Below the pieces are notes generated by a model. That model was not told the origin of the DNA. It made no database searches and worked only from the letters and a program-made list of their open reading frames with translations. DNA of 64,000 nt from Actinomycetales bacterium (lineage in GTDB: Bacteria; Actinomycetota; Actinomycetes; Actinomycetales; CAVURS01): assembly GCA_045807245.1 (NCBI GenBank), contig JBJMHS010000074.1, positions 21,026-85,025 of the forward strand, written 5' to 3'. Made by a program: the position numbers and the translations under genes. This document shows positions 30,475 through 42,815 of this stretch, piece after piece (the first letter of the stretch is position 1; each line of letters opens with the position of its first letter).

Positions 30475-31954
30475 ATGTCACCCGCTCCCACGACCACGGC
30501 GCGCTGGCGGGCCTTGGCGGTGTGCATCGGCGCGCTGTTCATGACCCTCCTCGACCTGAGCGTCACCAACGTCGCGCTGCCGCCGATCGGGGCCGCCCTG
30601 AACGCGCCGCCGCCCCAGCTGCAGTGGGTGGTGTCCGGGTACGCGCTGGCCTTCGGGCTGGTGCCGATCATCGCCGGCCGGCTCGGCGACGACCACGGCC
30701 GGCGGCCGCTGTTCCTCATCGGGGTCGGTGCCTTCGTGCTGACCAGCCTGCTGGCTGGACTCGCACCGAACGCCGGCATCCTCATCGCGGCCCGGGTGCT
30801 GCAGGGCATGGCCGGCGGCATGATCAACCCGCAGGTGTCCGGCCTGGTGCAGCAGATGTTCCGGGGCGCCGAACGCGGCCGGGCCTTCGGCGCGATCGGG
30901 ACCGCGGTCGGTGTCGCCACTGCGGTGGGGCCGCTGGCCGGCGGCTCGCTCATTGCGCTGGGCGGTCCGCACTTTGGCTGGCGGCTGGTGTTCTTCGTCA
31001 ACGTGCCGATCGGCGTGGCGATCATGGTCCTGGCCCGGCGATGGCTGCCCGCCCCGCGCAGGGACGGGCGCCGACACCGGCTCGACCTGCTCGGGGCGGC
31101 CCTGCTCGGCCTGGCCACTCTGTGCGTGCTGTTCAGTGCGGTCGAGTACGACGCGGTCCGCGACGCGCGGCTGGCCCTGCTGCTGGTGCCGACTGGGGCG
31201 CTCGTCCTGGCCTTCGCCCGCCGGGAGCTGCGGCTGACGCGCGAGCGCCGGGACCCGCTGGTGGATCTGCGCCTGTTCCGGCGCCGCTCGTACACGGTCG
31301 GCGTGTCCGTCGCGCTCGTCTACTTCACCGGACTGACCGGCCTGCCACTCGTGCTGGCGCTCTACTACCAGCGCGGTCTGGGCTACTCCGCGTTCCAGTC
31401 GGGCCTGGGCATCACAGCGTTCGCGTTGGGATCGGTCGTGGCCGCACCGGTGGCCGGCCGGCTCGTCTCCCGGATCGGCCGCCCGCTGGTCGTGGCCGGG
31501 ATGCTGGCCTTCGCGCTGGGCACCTTGGCGGTCGACCTGACCGCCCGGACCCAGCCCGGTCGGGACGCCGCCCTCTGGCTGGCCCCGGCGCTCCTGCTGC
31601 TCGGTGTGGGCGCGGGAGCCGTCATCACACCGAACCAGACGCTCTCCCTGGCCGACGTCGACCCGCGGATGGGCAGCACGGCGGGGGCGGTGCTGCAGAC
31701 GGCGCAGCGCATCGGGTCGTCCATCGGGCAGGCGGTCATCGGCGCGGCCTTCTTCGCCGCCCTGCCCAGCGGACCGGCCGGCGCGACCGGCCGCGACCGG
31801 CCGCGACCGCGAGAACGCTTACTCGGCGGCTGTGTCACACGCCGCGCTCGTGACCCTGTGCTTCGTCAGCGCGGCCCTCGTGCTCGGTCTGGTCGACCTG
31901 CGGGACCAGCGCAGACGCCGCACGGGCCGGGAGGCGATGCCTCCCGGCCCGTGA
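30475..31954 (+). pseudogene. DHA2-type MFS transporter with a +1 frameshift caused by a 10-bp tandem duplication
   Basis: The frame starting at 30475 is a good MFS protein up to about 31800, then becomes Arg/Pro-rich with low GC3. The next frame continues ENAYSAAVSHAALVTLCFVSAALVLGLV (the last TM segment) to the TGA at 31954. Deleting one GCGACCGGCC copy restores a 489-aa ORF. Confidence 0.8.
31783..31809 (+). repeat. Tandem duplication GCGACCGGCC x2 plus a partial third copy
   Basis: Read directly: 31783-31792, 31793-31802, then GCGACCG at 31803-31809. Confidence 0.9.
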
Positions 31955-31999
31955 GTGCCCACCAGGGTCTGGGCAAACCTGGTCGTGCTCAGCGCTTGA

Positions 32000-33271
32000 T
32001 CAGTGCTTGCGGTGCGTCCGCTCGCCCTGCGGCTTGCGGCCGGCCATGGCGAACACGAGGCCGCCACCGAGGAGCAGCACCGAGACCAGCAGCATCGGCC
32101 CGACGTTCGAGCCGGTGAAGGCCAGGCCGCCGATGTTGCCGCTGTTCGTGATCCGGGTCGGGAGGACCGTGGGGCCGCCCGTGGTGCTGATCGACGTACC
32201 GGACACCGTCGGCGAGGTGCTGGTCGACGTACCCGAGACGGTCGGCGAGGTCGACGACGAGGTACTGGTCGAGGTCGGCGAGATCGTCGGGGACGTGGTC
32301 GGCGAGTTCGTGCCCGTGCCCGAACCGCCCGCGCCCGGCACCTTGATGCTGTCGGACACCGAGCCGTACGACGTGCCGTCGACCGTGACGTCGGCCGAGT
32401 TCGTGTACTTGGCCAGCGTCGGGTCGGTGATGTCGACCAGGTACCGGACGATGACGATCTGGTCGGCCAGGATCGGGCCGGCCGCGATCGTCAGCGACGA
32501 GGTCGAGCAGGTCTTGGTGATGATCTTCCCCGCCGGCATCGGGCTGACCGTCGTCGCGTTGCCGCTGGCGTCCAGGCCCTTGCCCAGCTGGATCTTGAGC
32601 GTCGAGCAGTCCAGCGCCTGACCGGCACCGATGGTGTCGTGGAAGGTCACCTTGTTGAACGGGCCGCTCGGGCTGTTGATGGCCCAGGCCAGCGCGTCGT
32701 CGCCGGTGTGCACGTTGGGGTCCACCCAGTGGCCGGACTTGCGTGGCTTGGTGCGGTCGATGGTGCCGGTACCGGTGAAGTTCACGGTGTCGTGGTAGAC
32801 GGTCGTCGACGTGGTGAAGTCGAGCTGCACCGGACCCTCGGTCGGCAGGTTGGTCTGGTCCCACTTGACGAAGAAGAAGGCGCTGCCGTGGACGTCGTTG
32901 TGGGTGTCTGCGTAGGCGGTCAGGGTGAACGTGACGACCTTCCCGGACACGTGCGCGACCGCGACGACGGAGCCGTCCGGCGCGAGCAGGTCAAAGCCGG
33001 TGGTCACCGACTTGAGCTCGTCGGGCAGGGTCAGGGTGAAGGTGTCACCGGACTGGGCGGAGTCGGGCACGGCCCAGGTCAGGTCGAGACGCATGTTGGT
33101 GTTGGTGCCGGCCTGGGACTGCTGGATGTTCACCCCCGTGATGGCCCCGTCGATCTCAGCGGCTGACGCGCCCTTGAGATGGGCTGCACCCAGCACCCAG
33201 GCCATCGTCAGCAGGACGAGCGCCGTGATCACGGCCACCCGTCGTGGCAGGACTCGAACGGTCGACAGCAT
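32000..33271 (-). CDS. Cell-wall-anchored surface protein (LAFTG sorting signal) with Cna/MSCRAMM-like Ig-fold domains
   Basis: Contains a signal peptide, beta-rich domains (DTFTLTLPDELK, GKVVTFTLTAYAD), a Ser/Thr/Pro stalk, and then LAFTG plus a TM segment plus RKPQGERTHRKH. ATG at 33271. Confidence 0.8.
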   Translation of the reverse strand: MLSTVRVLPRRVAVITALVLLTMAWVLGAAHLKGASAAEIDGAITGVNIQQSQAGTNTNMRLDLTWAVPDSAQSGDTFTLTLPDELKSVTTGFDLLAPDGSVVAVAHVSGKVVTFTLTAYADTHNDVHGSAFFFVKWDQTNLPTEGPVQLDFTTSTTVYHDTVNFTGTGTIDRTKPRKSGHWVDPNVHTGDDALAWAINSPSGPFNKVTFHDTIGAGQALDCSTLKIQLGKGLDASGNATTVSPMPAGKIITKTCSTSSLTIAAGPILADQIVIVRYLVDITDPTLAKYTNSADVTVDGTSYGSVSDSIKVPGAGGSGTGTNSPTTSPTISPTSTSTSSSTSPTVSGTSTSTSPTVSGTSISTTGGPTVLPTRITNSGNIGGLAFTGSNVGPMLLVSVLLLGGGLVFAMAGRKPQGERTHRKH

Positions 33272-33407
33272 GCCTTCCCCTATCCCTCTCCCCGGTCTCC
33301 CCGAGACCCCTGCGGTACGGAGACACACAGTAGCGGACGGAGGTCTCGGATACGGCCGTTCGGGAAGATCGGTGACGCGGTGTAGTTAGCCCTGTGGACA
33401 GCGTTGG

Positions 33408-35692
<2,285 letters not shown>

Positions 35693-35694
35693 CC

Positions 35695-35964
35695 CTAGCT
35701 CGGTTTGAGGACGACCGCCAGGACCAGGCACGCCGTCGCGAGCGCGAGCATGGCGAAGGTGTCGAACGCGCGGGACCGGACGACCAGGCCACGGGCGCGG
35801 CGAGTGGGTACGACGGCCCGCAGGGCGGCGCCGCCCCCGAGGCTGACGGCCATCGCGACCCCGCCTCCGACGACGTGACCGGTCGCGATGAGCACGACGG
35901 CGAGCAGCACTCCGGCAAGCACCAGCCACCACGGTCCAAGACCGCGTGCCTGGGGCATCAGCAC
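35695..35964 (-). CDS. Small two-to-three-TM membrane protein (DUF3017-like)
   Basis: 89-aa hydrophobic protein directly downstream of folD. The family assignment is from memory of the usual actinobacterial folD neighbour. Confidence 0.55.
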   Translation of the reverse strand: MLMPQARGLGPWWLVLAGVLLAVVLIATGHVVGGGVAMAVSLGGGAALRAVVPTRRARGLVVRSRAFDTFAMLALATACLVLAVVLKPS

Positions 35965-35971
35965 GTTCGGG

Positions 35972-36934
35972 TCAGTGAGCGTCTGACAGGGCGTCCGACC
36001 GGGCGTCCGGCAGCGCCTCTGCCAGCGCCTGGACCGGTGCGCGCCCGTCCCGCAGCTGCTGTTCCGCGGCGTCCACGACGTTCGCGAGCAGCATCGCGCG
36101 GGTCATCGGACCGACGCCGCCGGGCATCGGCGCGAGGTAGCCCGCAACGTCGCGCACGTCATCCGCGACGTCGCCCACGATGCGGGCCTTGCCGTCGTCA
36201 CCGACCACGCGCGTCGTACCGACGTCCAGCACCACGGCGCCGGCCCGCACCATGTCGGCGGTGACCAGGCCCGCGCTGCCCGCGCAGGCGACGACGATGT
36301 CGCCGGAGCGAACGATGTCGGCCAGACCGCGAGTTCCGGTGTGGCACAAGGTCACTGTGGCGTTCTCGGTACGGCGGGTGAGCAGCAGCCCGAGCGGCCG
36401 GCCACTCGTCGTACCGCGTCCGAGGACCACCACGCGCGCGCCGCTGATCGGCACGTCGTACCGGCGGAGCAGCTCGACGATCCCGCGCGGAGTGCACGGC
36501 AGGGGCGCCTTGCCCGTCGCCGCGACGTCGAGGACCAGGCGACCGAGGTTGGTCGGGTGCAGGCCGTCCGCGTCCTTGGCGGGGTCGATCCGGGCCAGCA
36601 GTGCCTGCTCGTCCAGTCCGCGCGGCAGCGGGAGCTGCACGATGAAACCCGTGCATTCCGGGTCGGCGTTGAGCTCGTCGACGACCGCCTCGACGTCCGC
36701 CTGGGTCGCATCCGCGGGCAGCTCGCGCTGGATCGAGGCGATGCCGACGGCCGCGCAGTCGCGGTGCTTGCCGGCGACGTAGGCATGGCTGCCCGGGTCG
36801 TCACCGACGAGGAGGGTGCCCAGGCCGGGGAAGACTCCCGCCTCGCGCAGCCGCGCGACCCGCTCGGAGAGCTCCTCCCGGATCGCCTTCGCCGTCGCCG
36901 AACCGTCCAAGAGCGTGGCCGTCACGCACGTCAT
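35972..36934 (-). CDS. folD: Bifunctional methylenetetrahydrofolate dehydrogenase/cyclohydrolase
   Basis: [30 protein letters not shown] and PGGVGPMT motifs. It has a roughly 30-aa C-terminal tail beyond the usual length. Confidence 0.92.
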   Translation of the reverse strand: MTCVTATLLDGSATAKAIREELSERVARLREAGVFPGLGTLLVGDDPGSHAYVAGKHRDCAAVGIASIQRELPADATQADVEAVVDELNADPECTGFIVQLPLPRGLDEQALLARIDPAKDADGLHPTNLGRLVLDVAATGKAPLPCTPRGIVELLRRYDVPISGARVVVLGRGTTSGRPLGLLLTRRTENATVTLCHTGTRGLADIVRSGDIVVACAGSAGLVTADMVRAGAVVLDVGTTRVVGDDGKARIVGDVADDVRDVAGYLAPMPGGVGPMTRAMLLANVVDAAEQQLRDGRAPVQALAEALPDARSDALSDAH

Positions 36935-36986
36935 CCTTCCACGAATGGGCTAAAGCCCCGAGCACGTCGTGCCGAGGACATGCGCC

Positions 36987-38003
36987 ATGGAGCAGAGCTC
37001 TCCCGACTGGGCCAGCATCGAGGCGTTCGCCCGGGCTGACTCGGGAGTCAGTATGGCGGAGAAGGCAGCCGCGCCCGAGGCCGTACCCTGCTGGGCCGGC
37101 GACTGGGCGCGCGTCGACGTCCGCACCCAGGTCTGGGGCCAGGCAGCCGTCCTGCGCACCGTCGCCGCCCTGCCCGCCACCCACCCGTGGCGCCTCGGCG
37201 GCACGGCCGGCTCCATCCGCCAGGTGCAGTGGACCGGTCGCCCCGCGACCGTGCCCGAAGAGGTCCTGTGCATCCTCAGCGTGACGGCGACCGACCCGCA
37301 GCTCTCAGCCGGCGAAGGCCCTGGCTCCAGCTCGTTCGGCGGACTCGGCGCACTGGGCGGACTCGGCGGGCTGGGCGGCCTCGGCGCATTCGGCGGACTC
37401 GGCGCGACCGCGGACAGCCTCGTGTCCGACGCGTTCGACGACGCCGTCTCCGACGTGGTGCACGTCCTCAGCGCCAGCCGCGAGCAGCGCTGGGCCGGTG
37501 CACTCGTCCGCCTGCCCGGCACCTGGCTGCCGGCGGCTGCGGTGCTGCCGCGCGGCGTACCAGGCGTCCCGTCCCCCCGCACCCACTGGGCCACCGAGTC
37601 GGTCGAGTTCGACGAGCGGTTCGTCGTCCACAGCGAGAACGAGCAGGTCACCGCCGCGCTGCTCAGCCCGTCGGTGATGGCGGTGCTGATGGACGCCGTA
37701 CCCCGCGGCGCCGCCGTCACCATCAGCGGTGACGCGCTCCAGGTCTGGTGGCCGTACGACCAGGGCACCCGCTCCGACGTCGGCCGCGTGCAGCGCTCGG
37801 CCGTCGCGGGGCTGCTGCTCGTGAAGACGTTCCCCCGGTTCGTCCTGGCCGACCACCCGGACCGCAGCGCCGAGGTCGAGCGCTCGCTGGCCCGCAAGGC
37901 CGACGAGGCGCACGCGTACCGGGCCCGGCTGACGTACGGACGCAGCCCCGACCCCGTGCTGCAGCGGATCTACGACCAGGCCCGGGCCCGCATCGGCGCC
38001 TGA
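36987..38003 (+). CDS. Conserved hypothetical protein with an internal (F/L)GGLG(A/G) repeat
   Basis: Strong third-position GC in this frame. I recognise no domain. ATG at 36987 (the track uses the GTG at 36969). Confidence 0.6.
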   Translation: MEQSSPDWASIEAFARADSGVSMAEKAAAPEAVPCWAGDWARVDVRTQVWGQAAVLRTVAALPATHPWRLGGTAGSIRQVQWTGRPATVPEEVLCILSVTATDPQLSAGEGPGSSSFGGLGALGGLGGLGGLGAFGGLGATADSLVSDAFDDAVSDVVHVLSASREQRWAGALVRLPGTWLPAAAVLPRGVPGVPSPRTHWATESVEFDERFVVHSENEQVTAALLSPSVMAVLMDAVPRGAAVTISGDALQVWWPYDQGTRSDVGRVQRSAVAGLLLVKTFPRFVLADHPDRSAEVERSLARKADEAHAYRARLTYGRSPDPVLQRIYDQARARIGA

Positions 38004-38010
38004 CCGCCCG

Positions 38011-38112
38011 GTGCTCCCCTCACCGCGCGTTGCTCCCTGGCGCCCGGTGTTCTGCCGTCGTCGGGCCGCCGCCAACCGGGCTCTGGGGAGCACCGCGCGC
38101 GGTGGGGAGCAC
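38011..38112. terminator. Large nested hairpin between convergent genes (bidirectional terminator candidate)
   Basis: The outer stem pairs 38011-38029 with 38096-38112 (17 bp with a 2-nt bulge). The inner stem pairs GCCCGGT (38042-38048) with ACCGGGC (38075-38081). Confidence 0.45.
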
Positions 38113-38114
38113 GG

Positions 38115-39740
38115 TCAGTGGGTGAAGTGGCGAGTCCCGGTGAGGTACATCGTCACGCCGGCAGAGCGGGCGGCCGAGATCACGTCCTCGTCGCGGATCG
38201 ACCCACCGGGCTGTACGACGGCCCGCACCCCCGCGTCGAGCAGCACCTGCAGGCCGTCGGCGAACGGGAAGAACGCATCCGACGCGGCCACGCTCCCCCG
38301 CGCACGGTCGGCGCCGGCCCGGCTGACAGCTAGCCGGCACGAGTCCACCCGGTTGACCTGGCCCATCCCGACGCCGACGCTCGCCCCGTCGTTCGCCAGC
38401 AGGATCGCGTTGGACCGCACGGCCCGGATGGCCCGCCACGCGAAGCCGAGGTCGGCCGTCGTCGCGGCGTCGGCCGGCTCACCGCTGACCAGGCGCCAGC
38501 GGGACGGGTCATCACCCCCCGCGTCCACCCCTTCGCCCGCCTCGACGACGGCATCCACCCGGTCGACGGTCTGGCACAGCACGCCACCGGAGATGGGCCG
38601 GAACTCGATCGGGTCCGCAGAGGCGTCGTCCGGCAGCTCCAGCAGCCGGATGTTCTTGCGCTCGCTCAACACGGCATAGGCGTCGGGCTCGAACGCCGGC
38701 GCAGCCACCACCTCGGTGAAGATCTCGGCCAGCTGCTCGGCCATGGCTCGGGTGACCGGCCGGTTCGCGGCGACCACACCGCCGTACGCCGACACGGGGT
38801 CACAGTCGTGCGCCTTCCGATGGGCCTGTGCGATGTCGGTGCCCACCGCGACTCCGCACGGGTTGGCGTGCTTGATGATCGCGACCGCCGGCTCGGTGAA
38901 ACCGAACGCTGCCCGCACGGCCGCATCGGTGTCGACGTAGTTGTTGTAGGACATGGCCTTGCCGTGCAGCACCTCGGCCTGGGCCACCCCCGGCCGCCAG
39001 TGCGCGTACAGTGCCGCCGCCTGGTGCGGGTTCTCGCCGTACCGCAGAACGGCCCGCTTCTCCCACGTCGCACCCGTCCAGTCGGGGAACGTCGAGCCGT
39101 CCTCGGGACGGCTGAGGACGCTCCCCATCCACGAGGCCACGGCGACGTCGTACGACGCAGTGTGGGCGAAGGCTCGCGCGGCCAGCTGTTGTCGTTGGGC
39201 AAGGGTGAAGCCGCCGTTTGCGACCGCTCGGCGGACCTCCCCGTAGCTGTCGGGTGAGACGACGACCGCGACGTTCGCGTGGTTCTTCGCCGCGCCGCGC
39301 ACCATCGACGGCCCGCCGATGTCGATCTGCTCGATGCACTCGTCGACGCTCGCCCCCGATCGGACCGTGTCCCGGAACGGGTAGAGGTTCGAGACGACGA
39401 GGTCGAACGGCTCGATGTCGAGGTCGGCCAGCTGCTTCGCGTGGTCCGGGTTGCCCATGTCGGCGAGCAGCCCGGCATGCACCCGCGGGTGCAGCGTCTT
39501 GACCCGCCCGTCCAGGCACTCGGGGAACCCGGTCAGGTCCTCCACCGCCGTCACGGGCACGCCCGCTGCCGCGATCCGGGCCGCGGTCGAGCCGGTCGAC
39601 ACGATCGCCACCCCCGCGTCGTGCAGCTCCGTCGCCAGCTCCTCGAGCCCGGTCTTGTCGTACACCGAGACCAGGGCTCGTCGGATCGGTCGGCGGCCTT
39701 CCCCCACGTAACCCTGGGTCTGCCTGGACGCATCGTTCAC
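38115..39740 (-). CDS. purH: Bifunctional AICAR transformylase / IMP cyclohydrolase
   Basis: [20 protein letters not shown]-like STGSTAARI and the C-terminal [12 protein letters not shown]. The GTG at 39740 overlaps the purN stop (GTGA). Confidence 0.92.
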   Translation of the reverse strand: MNDASRQTQGYVGEGRRPIRRALVSVYDKTGLEELATELHDAGVAIVSTGSTAARIAAAGVPVTAVEDLTGFPECLDGRVKTLHPRVHAGLLADMGNPDHAKQLADLDIEPFDLVVSNLYPFRDTVRSGASVDECIEQIDIGGPSMVRGAAKNHANVAVVVSPDSYGEVRRAVANGGFTLAQRQQLAARAFAHTASYDVAVASWMGSVLSRPEDGSTFPDWTGATWEKRAVLRYGENPHQAAALYAHWRPGVAQAEVLHGKAMSYNNYVDTDAAVRAAFGFTEPAVAIIKHANPCGVAVGTDIAQAHRKAHDCDPVSAYGGVVAANRPVTRAMAEQLAEIFTEVVAAPAFEPDAYAVLSERKNIRLLELPDDASADPIEFRPISGGVLCQTVDRVDAVVEAGEGVDAGGDDPSRWRLVSGEPADAATTADLGFAWRAIRAVRSNAILLANDGASVGVGMGQVNRVDSCRLAVSRAGADRARGSVAASDAFFPFADGLQVLLDAGVRAVVQPGGSIRDEDVISAARSAGVTMYLTGTRHFTH

Positions 39741-40363
39741 GGGATCGTGACCTTCCTGCCTCGCACGGTCCAGCCGTGCCGGACCATGGCACCGACGTTC
39801 TCCACCAGCTGGGCCCGTTCGGCCACCTTGATCCGCTCCGTCAGGGTCTCCTCGGTGTCGTCGTCCAGCACCGGTACGGCGACCTGCGCCACGATCGCGC
39901 CCGTGTCGACCCCCTCGTCGACGACGAAAAGCGTTGCGCCGGTGACCTTCACGCCGTACTCGAGCGCGTCGCGCGGACCGTGGATGCCCGGGAACGACGG
40001 CAGCAGGGCGTTGTGCGTGTTGACGTAGCGGCCACCGAAGGCCTTCAGGAACGACGGGCCGGCCAGGCGCAGGAAGCCGGCCGAGACGACCAGGTCCGGC
40101 TCGAACGCGGCCACGCGTTCGGTCAGCGCCGCGTCCCACTCGTCCCGGCTCGCGTGGTCGCTGACGGACTCCACGAACGTCGGTACGCCGGCAGCCTCGG
40201 CCCGCTCGACGCCGCCGGTGCCCGGGCGGTCGGCGCCGACGGCGACGACCCGCGCCCCGTACGCGGGATCGCGACACGCGTCCAGCAGCGCGGCCAGGTT
40301 GGACCCGCCGCCGGAGACCAGGACGACGATGTGGCGAGCCCCCAGGGCGCCCGGACCTGTCAC
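39737..40363 (-). CDS. purN: Phosphoribosylglycinamide formyltransferase
   Basis: [15 protein letters not shown] and [12 protein letters not shown](I)HG motifs. 208 aa. Confidence 0.9.
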   Translation of the reverse strand: MTGPGALGARHIVVLVSGGGSNLAALLDACRDPAYGARVVAVGADRPGTGGVERAEAAGVPTFVESVSDHASRDEWDAALTERVAAFEPDLVVSAGFLRLAGPSFLKAFGGRYVNTHNALLPSFPGIHGPRDALEYGVKVTGATLFVVDEGVDTGAIVAQVAVPVLDDDTEETLTERIKVAERAQLVENVGAMVRHGWTVRGRKVTIP

Positions 40364-40409
40364 GTTCGGAGACCATAGCGGGGTGAGCTTCCAGACCGGG
40401 CAACGGCCG

Positions 40410-40796
40410 GTGCGGTCCCCGGGGAGCGCCTCACGCCGTCACGGTGGCCGGTTCGCGTTGCTCGCGCTGACCGGGCTGTTGGCCAGCCGGCTGCCCCTGC
40501 CGTGGATGGCAGCCGCGCTGGTCCTGGTGGTCGCGGCCGACGTCGAGGGCATACTCACCGCCCGGGCGATCGCCCGCGAAGGGGGGCGCGCCATCCAGCT
40601 GGTCTGGTGCATCTGCGGCCTCAGCCTGATCAGCCTGCTCGGTCTCGGGGTCGCGGGCACGCTGGTGCTGTACCCGATCACCTACGACCGGCAGGAGTGT
40701 CTGTCCGGGGCGAACACCGAGGTGGCCCAAGCCGCCTGCAAGGACGACTTCGACCGCCGGATCGGCCGGCTTCAGTCGACGCTGCTCGGCGGCTGA
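40410..40796 (+). CDS. Small membrane protein, unknown function
   Basis: Three predicted TM segments and good GC3 from the GTG at 40410. Its 3' end overlaps the convergent PerM-like gene by 25 nt. Confidence 0.5.
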   Translation: MRSPGSASRRHGGRFALLALTGLLASRLPLPWMAAALVLVVAADVEGILTARAIAREGGRAIQLVWCICGLSLISLLGLGVAGTLVLYPITYDRQECLSGANTEVAQAACKDDFDRRIGRLQSTLLGG

Positions 40797-42109
40797 GGCG
40801 GCGGCTGGCGCCGCCGCCGCCACCAGGCGCCCACGGCGACGGTCGGCACGGCCCCGACGGCGAGCTCCATGGCCAGGAACGGCCCCACGACCAGGGCGTT
40901 GGCGCCGACGTGCGCGAGCCGGCCGGGCCCGATCGGGCCGGTCGACAGCGCGACCAGCGCCATGACGAGCAGGGCCGTGACGACGACCGCCCCAAGCGCG
41001 TCCAGGAGCCGGCTCACCGAGCCGAGGTCGTCGGTGCCGGCCCAGCGCACGCTCGCCCACCCGAGCGCCACTCCCGCGATCACCGGCACCGCGAGCGGGG
41101 CCAGGACCGCCCACTGGCCGCCGAGCGGCTGCGTCGGAAGGGCGCCCAGCACCGGGACGACGGGCAGCACGCCGAGCCGCACGGTGCCAGGGGCCACCAG
41201 GCTGCCCGCACCGACCGCGAACCCCGGACCGACGACCCAGGCCACTCCCCAGGCGGCGAGGTCGGGCAGATACCCGACCTGGCCGACGACCAGCAGGGCG
41301 CTGCCGAACCCGCCCGGGTGCAGGGCGCGGTGCAAGGCGGTCACCCGGTCTGCGCTCGTGGTGACCGCGACGATGACCACGAAAACGCCCGCGGCCAGCA
41401 CGGCGAGCGCGCCGACCAGGCCGGGCCGCAGGGTCGACCGAAGGCGTTCGGGTGCCCATCGGGCGAGCTCGCCCCGCAGTGCAGCTGACCGAGGGTGGCC
41501 GCGCACCAGACCGGCCGCGCCACCCAGCACCGCGATCAGCGCCGGCCCGATCGGCGCCTGCCACAGCACCGGACGGGCCCCGCTGGTCGACACGAGCAGC
41601 GCCACGACCGTCGCCGCCGCGGCGTAACCGGCAGCCATCCCGGCGGCCGCCTGGGCCGCCGGGCGGACATTGACGCTGGTCGAGGAAAACCCTTGGGAGA
41701 GAAGGGGTTCGGCTCCGAGGCGACGTCCCGCACGATAGGCGGCAAACAGGGGCACGAAGGCCAAGCCCAGAGGAGCGAGACCGATCCGGCCGCCGTCGTA
41801 CGCGATCGCCACGTGGTGGACCAGCAGCCAACCCCCGGCAGCGAGCCGCAACGCCTCGGTCCATCCCGCCGTGACGTGGGCGGCGAGGGCCCAGGCAGCC
41901 AGCAGAGGCACCGTCACGATGCCGAAGGACATGCCTGCCGCCCGCAGCCCGGCCAGCGCGCCGGCGAGGTACGCCGACGTCCGCGGCTGCGACAGCGTCG
42001 GCCCGGACCACGACGGACGGACCCGTTCGAGCAGGCTCATGGTCGTCCCATCGTCGCCGCCACGCGGGCCGGCCTGGCGCATCTGGGCTCCGGTCGGGGT
42101 GTCGGCCAT
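40772..42109 (-). CDS. Polytopic membrane protein, PerM/DUF6350-like
   Basis: About 10 TM helices. It occupies the same position (between sucCD and purN) as perM in M. tuberculosis, as I recall. The start is uncertain (42109, 42082 or 42043). Confidence 0.65.
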   Translation of the reverse strand: MADTPTGAQMRQAGPRGGDDGTTMSLLERVRPSWSGPTLSQPRTSAYLAGALAGLRAAGMSFGIVTVPLLAAWALAAHVTAGWTEALRLAAGGWLLVHHVAIAYDGGRIGLAPLGLAFVPLFAAYRAGRRLGAEPLLSQGFSSTSVNVRPAAQAAAGMAAGYAAAATVVALLVSTSGARPVLWQAPIGPALIAVLGGAAGLVRGHPRSAALRGELARWAPERLRSTLRPGLVGALAVLAAGVFVVIVAVTTSADRVTALHRALHPGGFGSALLVVGQVGYLPDLAAWGVAWVVGPGFAVGAGSLVAPGTVRLGVLPVVPVLGALPTQPLGGQWAVLAPLAVPVIAGVALGWASVRWAGTDDLGSVSRLLDALGAVVVTALLVMALVALSTGPIGPGRLAHVGANALVVGPFLAMELAVGAVPTVAVGAWWRRRRQPPPQPPSSVD

Positions 42110-42154
42110 GGCCTAGGGTCGACTCGCCGCCCCCACTCCCTCCGCAGGAGCAGC

Positions 42155-42808
42155 ATGTCGATCCGCCGGTCCCTGTCCGGCCGCCGCCGCCCGACAGCGA
42201 TCGCCTTCGCCTCGGTCGCGGCCACCCTCGTCCTGGTCCTGGGCGCCGCCGGCTGTTCTGGTGGGTCGACGTCCGCGGGCCAACCCGGGCCGGCCGACTC
42301 CACGGCGCTGTCCACGACGTCCTCGACCACCTCGAGCTCGTCCTCGACGACGGCGACCGCGAGCCCGACCACGGCCCGCACGCCGTACCCGACGACGACC
42401 ACCGCGCACACCGAGCCGTGGACGCTGAAGGACGCCGACTTCGGCTTCGTGCTGTCCGCGGTGACCGTCAGCGGGGGCGTCGAGATCACGTTCGACCGAG
42501 CCACCTGGCTGCTCGCCAGCCAGATCAAGGCCTGGAACAAGGCCAACCCGGACCACCCGGCCGCGGAGGCCGACGACTACGCGATCGGCAACGTGTCGAC
42601 GAAGAAGCGGACCTTCCTGGTCCGGACCGGCGCCAAGATCTTCGGCTCGGTCATCCTCGGCGACCAGCCCGAGCCGCAACGGATCACGGCCAGCCAGCTC
42701 GTGGCGCGGATGAAGACCGCGATCGACGGCGTGTCCTGCTGGCTCTACCACCAGTACGGCGGGCTGACCGGCGACGTGGTGCAGCTCGAGGAGCAGTACC
42801 GCCCCTGA
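42155..42808 (+). CDS. Lipoprotein, unknown function
   Basis: MSIRR...LVLGAAGC lipobox, a Ser/Thr-rich linker and a roughly 130-aa globular domain. GCAGGAG SD before the ATG at 42155. Confidence 0.65.
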   Translation: MSIRRSLSGRRRPTAIAFASVAATLVLVLGAAGCSGGSTSAGQPGPADSTALSTTSSTTSSSSSTTATASPTTARTPYPTTTTAHTEPWTLKDADFGFVLSAVTVSGGVEITFDRATWLLASQIKAWNKANPDHPAAEADDYAIGNVSTKKRTFLVRTGAKIFGSVILGDQPEPQRITASQLVARMKTAIDGVSCWLYHQYGGLTGDVVQLEEQYRP

Positions 42809-42815
42809 GCAGCGG

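Noticed and set aside
30380-30481. ATG at 30481 as the histidine kinase start
   Set aside because: It would overlap the divergent MFS start codon by 7 nt, and the first 34 codons have many A/T-ending codons. The internal GTG at 30379 is preferred, although this remains uncertain.
33301-33349. Hairpin CCGAGACC ... GGTCTCGG between icd and the adhesin gene
   Set aside because: It has only an 8-bp stem with a 33-nt loop, which is too weak to call a terminator or regulatory element.
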